Of a stretch of 64,000 nucleotides of DNA, positions 1 through 13,239 are shown one piece after another. The stretch comes from Felis catus (lineage: Eukaryota). The notes under the pieces were generated by a model that searched no databases, was not told the origin of the DNA, and worked only from the letters and a program-made list of their open reading frames with translations. Both the position numbers and the translations under genes were made by a program. Where the stretch lies: assembly GCF_018350175.1 (NCBI RefSeq), contig NC_058368.1:113958001-114022000 (forward strand), read 5' to 3'. The stretch's first letter is position 1. Every line of letters starts with the position of its first letter.

Positions 1-893
1 TTTTTGAAAGAAAAAACAGTCAGCTGGGCCTTTTCATGATTAAGTTTATGAATTCTGAAGCTGAATCTGATAATTAGAACAAAATTTTACAATGTTACTC
101 TTTAAACTTGCTTACCAAGGTTTAAGCCAAATCAAGGGGCCTCAAAAAATACACAAATCTCACAAAATGCCGATGGAAGCATAAGCTGGTCCAACTGTTC
201 TAGGAAATGTGAATTTGTGACATGTGTCTCAAATCTTCAAAATGTGCACACCCCTATTCTAGGGGTCTATTCTAAGGAAATAATTATAACATAAATAAAT
301 ATTAAGAAGCAAAGATACCCATGACAGTATTACTTATAATAGCAAAATATTAGAAAGAATTAGAATTTCTAACCAAAATGGAAATCAATTTTTGACTTGG
401 ACATATATGATGGAATCTTACGAAACCATTGAAATTATGACGTAGATGTGATTTCACTGATGTGAAAATATACTGACCACAGACCAATGGTTCGATTAAG
501 CAAATTTTCACTGAGCACCTACTACATGGAAGATCCAGGTAGGCAGTGGGGAGATAGCAGTGAATTAAGGTAGAGTTCTTAACTGACTGACCAGAGCAAT
601 CAGATATTGAGAAAGTAATGAAATAAGCAGTGATACTAAAGACAAGCATAACGTATGGTATCACAAGAGTAAATAACAAAAGAATTTAACCTAATCCAAG
701 GGGATCATGGGAAAGTCTACCTGAGGAAGTGTTGCTTAAGCAGTAATGAGAGATGAATAGGAGTTAGACAGGCAAAGAGGCAGGGGGAAGAACATCCCAG
801 GAAGATGAACAGTAATTTTTTTTAAGTATACACATTACATCAACTATGTATATACAAAATGGCTCATTTATATTAAAATTTTATTTTGGTGGG

Positions 894-1126
894 TTTTTAA
901 ATTTTTTATTTTTTTAGGTATTTTTTATTTTTTTATTTTTTTAGAGAGAGCGAGCGAGCACAAACAAGGGAGAGGGGCAGAGGGAGAGAGAGAGAATCTC
1001 AAGCTACCAAGCTACCATGTTCAACACAGAGCCAGATATGGGGCTCGATCCCACAACCCCGGGATCATGACCTGAGCCAAAAATCAAGAGTCAGATGCTC
1101 AACTGACTGAGCCACCCAGGTGCCCC
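894..1126 (-). mobile_element. CanSINE (SINEC)
   Basis: Reverse complement of GGGGCACCTGGGTGGCTCAGTC head, CT-rich body and A-tail. Confidence 0.9.
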
Positions 1127-2169
1127 TATATTAAAATTTTATGTCGTATGTGTATATATTTATAAATATAAAATCTGAAAGGATATGAACTATAATCTTA
1201 TCTAGATGATGTATTACATATATTTTTTTTTCTGCTTGTCCACATTCTCTAATTTCTTTTCTGCAATCTACATATGTGAGTAGTGTTTGAAGAGGTACAT
1301 GGGTGAGTAGAAAGACAGACAGATATGGCTGGCTGGCTGGCTGGATGGAAGGATGAAAGGATGGACAGTAACCAGATTCAACAGATGACTTGAGCTGGGC
1401 ATCACATTAGACTGTTTCTTCTTGATTTTTTCCTCCCTTTAATGACTAGAATCCAACATCTGCTCCAGAAGCATTCAGATTCTTTATGTTTCTAAAATCA
1501 TGCAACACTACAATTCATCGCAATTCCAAACAGATTTCCTCTCTCAATACTGGACTTTCTAAACCACATACACAAGAAAACGATGAATGGCAGAGCTACT
1601 TAGTGAAGTTGCAACCAAATAATTATTGCAAACAAAATGAATTATTTTTTTAAAATAGACAGATGAATGAGAGAGGTAAACAAGGACATAAAAACCTTGC
1701 TACTAGAGTTTGAAACTACTTCAAAGAGCATGCAGCTCAAAATTTCCAGGTAGTGAAATTCACTGGTTTTCACAACTACATTTTCCAGGCTGCTAATTCC
1801 TGACCCAAGGTTCAAGGTGATGGAAGAGTGGCTTGATCCACTTACCTGAGTTACAGCTCCTTCACACAATGAGCCAAAGGGGAGTCCACATGTGAGGAAC
1901 TCTCAAAACACAATCACTAAGTCACCCCCAACTAGAACCACTCTTGCCCATGAGAGGCCACATACTATATTAGGAGAAGGGAAAGAGCCTACTCAGCAAA
2001 AACAGGGTGCCTGCACTCACCCATTCTTAGCAAGCCCACCTTCATTCTTTTTAAGCTTCATTTATTTACTGTCTCCTACTAAATACCATGCCCTGTGGTT
2101 GGCTCTGAGGATGCAGCAGTGACAAGACATGGCCCTCAAGTGCCCAAAGCTCATAATCAACTATGGAGA

Positions 2170-2760
2170 CATTTCATTCATTCATTTAAAATACATTTGA
2201 CTCTGGTCGTGTACCAGATGCTTAGGATATGGTAGCAAACAGGTCCAACAAGACTCCTGTCCTTAAGGAGCTTACAGTCTAGTGAGGAGAGACAGATTAA
2301 AAAAAAAAAAATCAACAACCAACAAAAGGATTTTCAGGTAGGGATAAACGTTAGGAAAAACTATGTATTCAAGTTATGGGACAGAAGGGAACTTAGTGAG
2401 GAACCATGGCACAGGTGGTCAGAGGAGGCCCCTCTGGGGAGACACATGACCTGTAATCTGCAGGATGAGAAGCCGCCGATACACAAGACGTCACAGCACA
2501 GGCACTGAGGATGCCAGAAAACAGACAGCAACACAGGAGTGATAGTGACCACACTCACAAGCAGCAATGGGTACTTGGGGAACGTGGGGAAGGGACACCT
2601 GACCCAGCCTGAGGGTCTCAGCAGGCACAACTGGTCTTCAGTGAGCAGGGGAGGTGCTGTGAGGCACTACAGACAGAAAGCTCCGTGGGTTTCAAGGCCT
2701 TCAGTCTCACATGTGAAATAGCTGGACAGGACTATTGGGCATATACAGGAAACAGGGACC
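2170..2760. mobile_element. Ancient L2 3'-end fragment
   Basis: cattcattcatt terminus followed by gtccttaaggagcttacagtctagtg, typical of L2 ends. Confidence 0.55.
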
Positions 2761-3357
2761 CTCTAGAGAGTTTGCAAAGGTGCCAGATGGTGAAAATTCC
2801 TATCTTACTCTCCTCTCCCCTCCAAGCCCTGCCATCACTTCTCCCAAATCTCTTCCACACTCCTGTAAAGTCTCAAGAGGGTTTGCAGACCTTGCCTGGT
2901 AGGAATGGCCAGGCAAGGACAAGCTGGTCCAGCAATGGGCCAGGCATCAAGAAGCCAAGCTCCACTCATTTCCTATGTGATCTTGGGCAAGTCCCTCCCT
3001 TTTTGTCAGCCTCAGTGTTTCTCATCTGCAAAATGAAAGAACAGAGGTGTGGGGATAAGCCCAAGAGCCTACACTTCTAAAAGCTCCCCTACATGATTAT
3101 GATGCATGCTGAAGTGTGAGAACTAATCAACTCTATGGTTCTACCTCTTTTTTCCTCATAGTAGACAAGAGGCTGCATGCCTGGCTGGTTCCACCAAGTC
3201 CCCCATGGTGCAAAACATAGCATCTGATACACAGAAGCTCCTTACAGTGAGTGTCATAGCATTCTGTCTCCTGCCTCCCCTCAGGCCACCACCCAAAATA
3301 TCTCTCACTGGGGCTGCAGCCCCATAATCATGGGTTATCATTAGCCCCTCGCCATAC

Positions 3358-3464
3358 CTGTGAACATCGCACAGAAGTAGGGGCTGCAGGCTGCCAGGAC
3401 CACACGGTGGGCTTCTATCTCGACATCTTCTGCCACAATCATCACGTCACACAACAGCTGTTTA
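3358..3464 (-). CDS. KLHL3: KLHL3 coding exon 3 (107 nt, BTB domain start)
   Basis: Acceptor gttttacAG, donor CAG|GTATGG. Encodes (S)[35 protein letters not shown](G), the BTB signature, in phase with exon 2. Confidence 0.97.
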
Positions 3465-4309
3465 CTGTAAAACACCAGTGAGGGGACAGCATGGGTCACA
3501 GCACCAATGCCCACCCCCAGCCACACAAGGATATTTTTTCTCCCGCCCAGATTCCACACCGCTACCATATAAGACTGTCGCAGACATTTGCCCTATCCTG
3601 AGTTAGGCAGGGGGATGAACTCATCGACTCTCCCAAATCTCTGATAAGTTGGGCTATTCATGCTTTCCTAAGGCGCACAGAGAGACCTAGCTACTCTGGC
3701 GCTGCAAATTCAGGGTTCTTTCATTTGTCTTCACATCTCTGCTCCTCGGCTCCTTCAGCTCTGACTGAGACAGAGGGACAGCAGCTCAGAGAGCAATGGG
3801 AAAATCCTGGGGCAGTCAGTCGAGGGACTGAGTGAATGCCAAGGAGCATGAGCATGCCACTGAGATGTGCTGCCCACGAAAACAAGCATTAACAATTCCC
3901 CAAGGGACCTAATACCTATGAAACACTGACAAGAGGCCAGCCAGATCGGGACAACTCAAGTATTAATCTTCCCACCCAGATTTAACATTATCACCAAGAA
4001 GGCTGCTCCCTGTGCAAGCTCCAATCGCTGCAATTATTAAGGATACTGTAACTACCTTCAAAACAAACTATTTGTCATCCCCACTACACTGCAAGCTCTG
4101 AAAGGAACTTGTTTATTATATCTTAAACACCTGGCTGCAAGCCTAGCCTAAAGAAAGCCCTAAATTTTTACTGACTAAATAAACTTTGAAATGGGATCAA
4201 TCCACACTTATAGACAGAATGAACATCAGACCACTTTGAAGGATAGAAAGGGCACCACAAAGTGTCAGTCTAAGGATTTTTCCCCCACCAGCCTTCCAAT
4301 AGTAAGAAT

Positions 4310-4520
4310 TTATTGAGTTACATATGCTAGGCACTGTTCTAAGCACTCTTTTATACATATTATTGCATTTAATCCTGTCTAAAACCCCATGAGGTATGGT
4401 TGTTATGTTGCATATTACAAAAAAGGAAAGTGAGGTCCAGAGAAGTTAAGTAACTTTCTCAAAGTCACACAAAAAGGGAGCAGTGGAAAAAGGATGTGAA
4501 TGCAGGCAGCTGAACCGCAG
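4310..4520. mobile_element. MIR
   Basis: atgctaggcactgttctaagcact...gaaagtgaggtccagagaagttaagtaact MIR core. Similar remnants near 2950-3040, 28500-28670, 31200-31430, 37560-37720, 48650-48850 and 59140-59290. Confidence 0.7.
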
Positions 4521-4729
4521 AACCCATCTTCCTAAAGTCTGTGTTATCCTGGTCACCACTAATCCCTCCTTCAGAGTGAAGCACTAGATGCAGAGGGAAG
4601 TCAGGACAAACTCATGTCAACTGTGATCCACTGGCAGTGGCTACTTAGCACACAATACTGGATTGAGAAGTTTGAATCATGATGGGATCCATTTAACAGG
4701 GATGAGATGAAGAGAATGAGTCTGCCATT

Positions 4730-4921
4730 GGGGCACCCGGTGGCTCAGTCAGTTGAGCGGCTCAGGTCATGATCTCACGGCTCATGGGTTCGAGCCCCCC
4801 GGTGGGCTCTGTGCCGACAGCTCAGAGCCTGGAGCCTGCTTCAGATTCTGGGTCTCCCTCTATCTCTGTTCCTCCCCTGCTCACACTCTGCCCCCCCCCC
4901 TAAAATAAAGATTAAAAAAAA
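4730..4921 (+). mobile_element. CanSINE (SINEC_Fc-like)
   Basis: GGGGCACCCGGTGGCTCAGTC head, CTCAGAGCCTGGAGCCTG body, A-tail. Confidence 0.9.
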
Positions 4922-6757
4922 TTTTTTTAATGAGTCTTCCATGATTGATCAATAGGAGATAAGCTACCTATTTGCCATCCCTGGAGTGACATATTAAACC
5001 TTTGCCAACTATTCAGACGTTAGTGCAGGATTGCTTATCAGAGAAAATAGAATCATGAAGCATGACAAGACTGGAGCTGTAAATGCCCTTAGAGTTCATC
5101 TGGTCTATGAAGCTCAGAGAGGTGCCACAGAAGGCAGAGTCTTGAATCTAGTTCTCATTCTGGATTGGTGCCACAATGCCCCATGATTGGCTCATACTTA
5201 GGAACAAAAAATCAGAAGATAAGTTAACCCCAATACTGAAAGGTGATCAGGAAAGTTTCAGCCTATGGAATAAAGTCCCTGTGAGGGGGCATCAGGGAAG
5301 GGTGACACCTCTGAGTGCCAAGAGGCAAAACCTGGGAATGGGACCTCACACTACAGTGGACAGCAGACTCTAAAGACAAATTTTATCAGAACAAACCAGC
5401 TCAGCTGGGAAGAGAACTGGCTCTGCCCTTAACTGGCTATGAGAACATGGACAAAGGATCTCACCAGTTTTCTCATCTTTTTTAGCTGCCTCAGGACATC
5501 CATCGTGGGGACCAAATGAGATTGCAGATGCCACCTGAGAACAGGCTAGTTTTTAATCTGGACAAAATGGATTGTAAAAATGTAGTCACAACATGAACAG
5601 ACTTATCTTGGACATTTTCATTTCACTTTCATTGACTATTTTAAAGAGAAAAAGGAGTTATCACTACTCTTTAAAAGTACAAGTCATTTGTCAACTATAC
5701 TTCAATTAAAAAGAACTGACCAAAAAAGTGTAATTTTGTTGTTGTTCTTGTAACCAGCATTTTAACAAGGAAAGCAAAACAGATGAGTCAGAAATGCTGA
5801 GCAAATGCTGAGCCAGGTGCTGAAAAGGCAAATGTCAGAATGGGATATCTTGCACAAACCCAGAGGAGCTGATAGTTCATGAACAAAGGAAAAGAGACAA
5901 GAGGGAATGAGGTTTAAAGGTGGAGAATCCAGTTAAGCAAATACAGGAGAATAGTTCTGATGAGAAGTGTATCTCAAGGCTAGAGAAATCTAGGAAAGTG
6001 ACCCAGAAACTCACCCAAAACTCAATGTAGGCTTTCCCTGGGAATGGTAAAGCCTGTCTGCACACTGAGACATCTCTGTGTATCCACTCTATATAGAAGA
6101 GAGAAGCAGCAGCTCTAAAGCACGACATGGCTGGCAAGCATTTCTAATTCCATTTACTAGAAATCCTATAGGATTCTTTATTCCTGAGCTGTCACACACT
6201 ACTCCAAAAAACAATCTCAACAAGAGAAAAACAGGGCTATCCACTTTGTGATAGCTATTCGGAAGGAGCTCAGGCTCTGGAATCAAACTGACCAGGGTTC
6301 ATGTCCCCTGAGTATCAGAATTCAGATATGTTGTGAACAAGATAAAGAATAGTGCTAATAGTAAACATTCCGTGAACACTAATATTTCTTTCTCTTTTTT
6401 TCCCATAAAACATTTCATTTAGGATTAGCAGTTAAGTTAACCTTCCTAAGGCTAAATTTGAGCTGCATATCAGACATCTACATGGGGTTTATCAAGTAGG
6501 CAAATGGATTCGTAAGTCTTAATTTCAAAGGTGGGAGATAGTTAAGAGGTTGGAGGAAAGAGAAAGAGCCAGCTAAAGAAACAATAAAGTAACTAGTGAA
6601 ATAGGAGGAAAACCCAAAACGTATGGTGTCTGACAAGACAAGCGAAGAGAGGTCTACAAAAAGTAAGGAATGACTAACTATACCAAATAAGGAAGATAAG
6701 ATTAGGGAGGCTAGGTAGGGCAAGTAGGCAAGAAAGTGAAATAGAAAATGAAAATGA

Positions 6758-6990
6758 GGGGCGCCTGGGTGGCGCAGTCGGTTAAGCGTCCGACTTCAGC
6801 CAGGTCACGATCTCGCGGTCTGTGAGTTTGAGCCCCGCGTCGGGCTCTGGGCTGATGGCTCAGAGCCTGGAGCCTGTTTCCTATTCTGTGTCTCCCTCTC
6901 TCTCTGCCCCTCGCCCGTTCATGCTCTGTCTCTCTCTGTCCCAAAAATAAATAAACGTTGAAAAAAAAATTATAAAAAAAAAAAAAGAAA
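6758..6990 (+). mobile_element. Young felid SINEC_Fc with TSD
   Basis: CpG-rich near-consensus copy, flanked by duplicated agaaaatgaaaatga. Confidence 0.95.
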
Positions 6991-7153
6991 AGAAAATGAA
7001 AATGAAATAGAACATGAAAATGGAAGACATGCAAATTGGAAAAGAAGAAATAAAACAATATTCACAGATGACATGATCTTGTATATAGAAAATCCTATAA
7101 GAAATCCACTAAAAAAATATTAAAACAAATAAATGAGTTTAAGAAGGTTGCAA

Positions 7154-7345
7154 GGGTGCCTGGGTGGCTCAGTTGATTGAGCGTCTGACTCTTGATTTCA
7201 ACTCAGGTCATGATCCCAGAATCATGGGATCAAGCCTTGCATCAGGCTCTGACTCTGTCTATGCTCTGAGCATAGAGCCTGCTTAAGATTCTCTCTCTCC
7301 CTCTGCCCCTCTCCCCTGCTTGTGCTCTCTCTCTAATAAAAAAAT
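7154..7345 (+). mobile_element. CanSINE
   Basis: GGGTGCCTGGGTGGCTCAG head, CT tract, A-tail. Confidence 0.9.
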
Positions 7346-7615
7346 AATGTTGCAAAATACAAGATCAATATACAAAATTTACTGTGTTTCTATACACATG
7401 CAATGAACCAAAAAATGATATTAAGAAAAATTCCACTTAAAATAGCATCAAAAATAAACACTAAAGAATAAATTTAACAAAACAAGCATGAAACCTGTCC
7501 TCTAAAACTGTAAAACTCAGTTGAAAAAAATCAAGAAAGACCTGAATAGATGGAAAGACTTCCAGTGTTCATGAATTGAAAAACTTAGTATTTTTAAGAT
7601 GGTAATACTCCCCCA

Positions 7616-7812
7616 GGGGCGTCTTGGTGGCTCAGTGAGTTGAGCATGCAGCTTCAGCTCAGGTCATGATTTCACGATTTCACAGTTCGTTGGTTTGAGC
7701 TCCGCATGAGGCTCGCTGCTGTCAGTGCAGGGCCTGCCTCAGATCCCCTGTCCCCTCCTCTCTCTTCCCCTCCCCTCCTCTCAAAAATAAATAAACATTA
7801 AAAAAAAAAAAA
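7616..7812 (+). mobile_element. CanSINE
   Basis: GGGGCGTCTTGGTGGCTCAG head, A-tail, imperfect aagatggtaata/aagatggcaata duplication. Confidence 0.9.
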
Positions 7813-8657
7813 GATGGCAATACCTTCCCAAATTGTTCTACACTTTCAACCCAATTTCTATCAAACTCTCAGCTGGCTTCTTTGCAGAAACTGACAAGCT
7901 AAACCTAAAATTCATACAGAAATGCAAGGGACCTAGAATGGCCAAAACAATCTTGAAAAAGAAGAATAAGGTGAAGGATTCATGCTTCCCAATTTCAGAA
8001 CTTACTACAAAGCTAAAGATAGCAGAGTAATAATATAACCATAGATATATAGATCAATAGAATAGAATTGAGAATCCAGAAATATACCCTCACAGTCAAT
8101 TCATTTTTAAAATTTTTTTATCATTTATTTTTAAAAGGTTTTTTATTGATGCATAGTTGACATATAATGTTATATTAGCTTCAGGAGTACAACATAGTGG
8201 TTTGACAATTCTACACATTACACAATGCTCACTCACCATGATAAGTGTATCTACCATCTGGCACCATACCACACTATTATAATATTATTGACTTTATTCT
8301 CTATGCTATACCTTCCATCTCCATGACTTATTTATTTTATAAATGGAAGTTTGTACCTCTTAATTCCCTTTCTCTATTTTGCCCATTTCTATTGCCCATT
8401 TTCTATTTTGCCCTTTTCTATTTTGCCACCACTCCTCTCCACTCTGGCAATCACCAGTTTGTTCTCTGAATTTACGAGTTCGTGTCTGTTTTTTTGTTTG
8501 TTCATTCTTTTTTTTTTTAGATTCCACATATAAAAGAAATTATATGGTATTTCTCTTTCTCTGTCGGATTTATTTCATTTAGCATAATACCCTCTAGGTC
8601 CATCCATGTTGTCACAAATGGCAAGATCTCTTTTTTTATGACTAATATTCCATATTT

Positions 8658-8660
<3 letters not shown>

Positions 8661-8702
<42 letters not shown>
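8661..8702. repeat. (CA)n microsatellite
   Basis: Uninterrupted AC run. Confidence 0.95.
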
Positions 8703-8704
<2 letters not shown>

Positions 8705-8874
8705 TCTTCTTCATCCATTTATCTATCAAAGGACACTTAAGTTGTTTCTGTATCTTGACTATTGTAAATAATGCTAGAATAAACATAGGGGTGCCTATTT
8801 ATTTTCAAATTAGTGTTTCCATTTTCTTTGGGTAAATATCAGTAGTGGAATTACTGGGTTTCATGGTATTTCTA

Positions 8875-9094
8875 TTTTTTTTTTTTTAGTTTATTTATTT
8901 ATTTTGAGAAAGACAGAGACAGGCACAAGTCAGGGAGGGGCAGAGAGAGATGGAGAGAGAGAGAATCCCAAGCATGCTCTGCAATGCAAACACAGAGCCC
9001 AATGTGGGACTCAAGCCTGCAAAGCCATGAGATCATGACCTGAGCTGAAACCAAGAGTCCAATACTTAACTGACTCAGCCACCCAGGTGTCCCC
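8875..9094 (-). mobile_element. CanSINE with TSD
   Basis: Reverse-complement SINEC flanked by duplicated catggtatttctatttt. Confidence 0.9.
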
Positions 9095-10756
9095 ATGGTA
9101 TTTCTATTTTTAATGTTTTGAGAAACCTCCACACTCTTTTCCACAGTGGTCACACCAATTTCTGTTCCCACTAACAGTGCACGAGGATTCCTTTTCTCCA
9201 CATCCTCGCCAATACTTATTTCTTGTCTTTTTGATACTAGTCATTCTGACTAGTATAAGGTGATATCTCATTGTGGTTGTGAATTGCATTTCCCTGAAGA
9301 TGACTGAGGTTGAGCATCTTTTCATGTACCTGCTGGCCATGTGTATGTCTTCTTTGGAAAAATATATTCAGATTATGTGCCCCTTTTTAATCAGGTTGTT
9401 TGTTTCCTGGTGCTAAGTTGTAGAAGTTCTTTATATCTTTTGGATATAAACCCCTTATCAGATATATCCTTTGCATATATCTTCTCTCACTCAATAGAGT
9501 GCCTTTTTGTTTTGTTGATGATTTCTTTTGTGACACAAAACAGTCAACTGAGTTTTGACCAGGGTGCCAATATATTCAAATAGGGGAAAAATTGTCTTTC
9601 CACAAATGGTGCTCAGACAACTGGATATCCACGTACGAAAAAAACAAAGGACCCCCTACTTCACATAATATACAAAAATTAACTTGGAATAGATCAAAAA
9701 AATAAATATAAGAGCTAAAACTATAAAACTCTAAGAAGAAAACATAGGGGTATATCTTCATGACTTCAGAATAGGCAATGGTTTGTTATATAGGACATCA
9801 AAACACAAACAACAAAAGAAAAAAACAAATCAGACACCAAAATTTACAACTTTTGCACTTCCAAAGACACCATCAGGATATCAAAAAAGTTAAAAAAAAC
9901 CCGAACAAGGAAAGAAAAACTTTGCAAATCATGTATCTGATATGAAACTTGTGTCTGGAATATATAAACAACTTGAACACTTTTAACTCAATAATAGACA
10001 TATAACCCAATTTTAAAATGGACAAAGGATCTAAACAGACATTTCTCCAAGACATAGAAACGGTCAATGATCACATAAAAAGATGCTCAACATCATTAAT
10101 GATCGGAGAAATACAAATCACAACCACAATGAGATATCACCTCAGACACCAGGATGGCTGTAATCAAAAACACAGATAATAACAAACACTGGCAAGGATA
10201 TAAAGAAACTGGAACCTTCGTACACTGCTGGTAGAAATGTCAAATGGTGCAGTGCTTTGGAAAACAGTCTGGCAGTTCCTCCAAAAGTTAAACATGTAGT
10301 TATCATGTGACCTAGCAACCCACTCTTAGGTATATATCCAAAAGAAATGAAAACATGCATTCACACAAAAATGTATACGTGAATGTTTACAGCAGCATTA
10401 TTCATAACAGCCAAAGGGTATCAAATGTGGTACATATACACAATGCAATATTATTCAGCAATAAAAAGGAATGAAATCCTGAGACATGCTACAACATGGA
10501 TGAACCTTGAAAACATTATGCTGACAAAGAAGTCACAAAAGGCTTATTACATAATTCCAAAATAAGCAAATCTATAGAGACAGAAAGTAGATTACTGAAG
10601 GGTGAGGGGTAGGGAAAACAATGGGATTATTGCTAACATACACAGGAATTTTTTGGAGGGGATGATGAAAATGTTTTAAAATCAGCTGTTAGTTGCACAA
10701 CTCTGTGACTATAAGCCATTGACACTTTAAATATGGCATATGAATTATATCTTTAA

Positions 10757-10837
10757 GTTTTTAAAATTTATTTATTTTGAGAGAGAGAGAATGTGCATGA
10801 GGCAGGGGCAGAAAGAGTGAGAGTGAGAGAGAGAGAA

Positions 10838-10886
<49 letters not shown>

Positions 10887-11012
10887 CTGAAGCAGGCTCC
10901 ACACTGTCAGCACGGAGCCTGACATGGGGCTTGAGCTCATGAACTGCGAAATTATGACCTGAGCCAAAATCAAGAGCCGGACACTCAATCAAATGAGCTA
11001 CCTAGGTACCCC
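10757..11012 (-). mobile_element. CanSINE with expanded (CT)n
   Basis: Reverse-complement SINEC, long GA repeat, duplicated atgaattatatctt. Confidence 0.9.
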
Positions 11013-11769
11013 ATCACATGAATTATATCTTAATAAAGCTGTTACCAAAAAAAAGAAAAACAGCAATGTACTAAGATGATTCATTACTATTAACAAAAGG
11101 CATAGTGGCAGATCATCTTTTAAAAAAAAAGGGATGAGGATAGAGAAATTTTAAGGATGGTGAAAGGGGAGGTTAAAACTGTCAAAACGGGATACAAGAG
11201 ACTATCTCTCCTTTTCAGGAATGATCTGGGGTACTATTTCAAAAGGGACCATATCCCCACTTGGTGGCCGGATGGTAAATCAGGAACCAAAGAGCCATTA
11301 GGAGTCTGCTGCCCAGAAGCAGCTGCTGGTAAGCTCAGAGCAGAGCGATAAAAGGCAAAAGGAAGAGGAAGGCTAGTTAGTTACCATGCCAACAGCCCAT
11401 TCTCTACCATGGAAGTAAAAAGAATAGGAAACTCGTGAATTGTGTGATTCATAAATTGCATAGAACATGTGTATGTGAACTAAAATAGCTTAAAATTGAA
11501 GGAGGAAAAATGTGAAAACAGTGCAAGAAATAACCCCAGGTCCCTGGAATATTACATAACATTTCATTAGCTTAGACCCTGGATGGCAAGCAAGATGCTT
11601 TACCAGGCCTTCATCAAAACAAAGTACGCCTCCCTCCAGTTCCTATTAAACTCACCCAGATCAGTAAAGCATCTCTTCAGGCTCCCTTTCTCTCCCTCAC
11701 TCACCCATTCCACCCCAGTTTTAAAAATTAGCCATGCCTTTAATACCTTAGAAATTAAAAAAAAAAAAA

Positions 11770-11956
11770 TTTTAATGTTTACTTATTTATTTTGAGAGGG
11801 GACTGGGGAGGAGCAGAGATAGAAGGAGAGAGAGAATCCCAAGCAGACTCCATGTTCAGCACGGATCCCGATGTGGGGTTCAATCCCAGGACTGTGAGAC
11901 TACAACCTAAGCTGATAATAAGAGTCAGACACTCAACCGAGCCACTCAGGTGCCCC
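11770..11956 (-). mobile_element. CanSINE
   Basis: Reverse-complement SINEC head and body. Confidence 0.85.
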
Positions 11957-12183
11957 ATAAATTAAAAAAATTCAAAACCATTAAATACCTTAGAATTTGA
12001 TATGATCTTTAAACACCACTAGAATGCAAGCTTCATTGAGAACAAAAGTTTGACTCTCTTACCTAATGCCATATCCCTGTAACTGAGCTCCTCATCACCA
12101 CCACCACCATCATCATAATCATAGCTAGGAGTTGCAGAATGTTCGTTATGTGCCAGGGCCTCAAAACAATATCTAAGGAAGAG

Positions 12184-12184
<1 letters not shown>

Positions 12185-12217
<33 letters not shown>
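12185..12217. repeat. (TTA)n microsatellite
   Basis: Trinucleotide run seen directly. Confidence 0.95.
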
Positions 12218-12695
12218 GCTACATGCTGTTGAAATCAGTAATTCTACTTCTAAGGAACTAATTCTATAGAAATAATTGTGAATGTGCACAAGTGTTTAAC
12301 AACAGTAATACATGTGCTATCACTGTTCTAAGGACTTTACTTAGTATCCCCTTAACAAGCCAGCAACCCTGGAACTATTATTAGCTTCATTTTATGTTTG
12401 ACAAAAGTGAGGGCAGGAACGTTAATTAACTTGTACAGGGTCACAGAACTGTACTACTGGAGCCAAGATTTGAAACCAGGTTGCCTGCCTCCATGGTCTA
12501 TGCTTGTGACCAGTATGCCATATTGCTCCAAACATTACCACTGCAGGTGCTGTTTACATAAGAGATTTGAATACTTAAAACATCTAACAACAGGAACTGG
12601 GTTTTTCAAAAATTAACCAAAAATACAGAAAATCATTCATCCACTTAAAATAATGTTGTAGAACAGTTCTAACACAGAAAAACTGGTTCAATACA

Positions 12696-12815
12696 GGGGT
12701 ACCTGGCTGGCTCAGTCCATAGAGCATGTGACTCTTGATCACCAGGTCATAAGTTCGAGCTCCACGTGTGACAGAGAGTTTAATTAAAATCAAAAAACAA
12801 ATTAAAAAAAAAGAA
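12696..12815 (+). mobile_element. Short tRNA-derived CanSINE
   Basis: GGGGTACCTGGCTGGCTCAGTC...GTTCGAGC A/B boxes followed directly by an A-tail. Confidence 0.8.
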
Positions 12816-13111
12816 AAAGAAAACTTGTTCAATATAGTGGTAAAAGAAAAAAAATCTGGTTAAGATATATTTTTAAGAAAAATATTCTCCCAAGTGTTAA
12901 CAATGGTAACCACTGGGTATTAAAATTATAGATGATTTTTTGCTCATATTTATTTTCTAAATGATCTATAATATGTTCCTTTTCAAAAAAAAAAAGAAAG
13001 AAAAAGAAAAATGGAAATTTTTTAAATTAAAAGAAAAATAAAAGGGAAATCTATGCCTAAACCTGCACTAAAAATTTCCTGACAAAACATATACAGATTG
13101 TGCTCCATTTG

Positions 13112-13142
<31 letters not shown>

Positions 13143-13239
13143 TGGAAGAACAAGATTGTAATGGTTAATCTTATGTGTTAAATTAACTGAGCTAAGGGAT
13201 GCCCAAAGATCTGGGAAAATATTATTTCTGTGGATTCTG

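Larger units (their letters stand above)
8100..9535 (-). mobile_element. L1 3' end nested in the older L1
   Basis: T-rich tail at ~8105-8145. Minus-strand ORF2 C-terminal peptides ([42 protein letters not shown]). Confidence 0.85.
7000..11050 (+). mobile_element. Old L1 (ORF2 3' part and 3' UTR), interrupted by a minus-strand L1 and several SINEs
   Basis: Degenerate ORF2 peptides (FFAETDKLNLKFIQKCKGPRMAKTILKKKNK; MFTAALFITAK...TTWMNLENIML). Sequence breaks at ~8098 and resumes at ~9540 across a repeated acagtcaa. Confidence 0.8.

Noticed and set aside
3341..3568. 75-aa ORF (and 17640-17846) as standalone genes
   Set aside because: Only the splice-site-bounded cores match KLHL3; the flanks are intronic read-through.
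6711..7058. ORFs containing QVMISRFVSSSP or GQRETEHER-type peptides
   Set aside because: Translations of CanSINE sequence.
12696..12780. tRNA-like sequence (also 30330-30400 and 62460-62530)
   Set aside because: tRNA-derived SINE heads with A-tails and TSDs; no intact cloverleaf evident.
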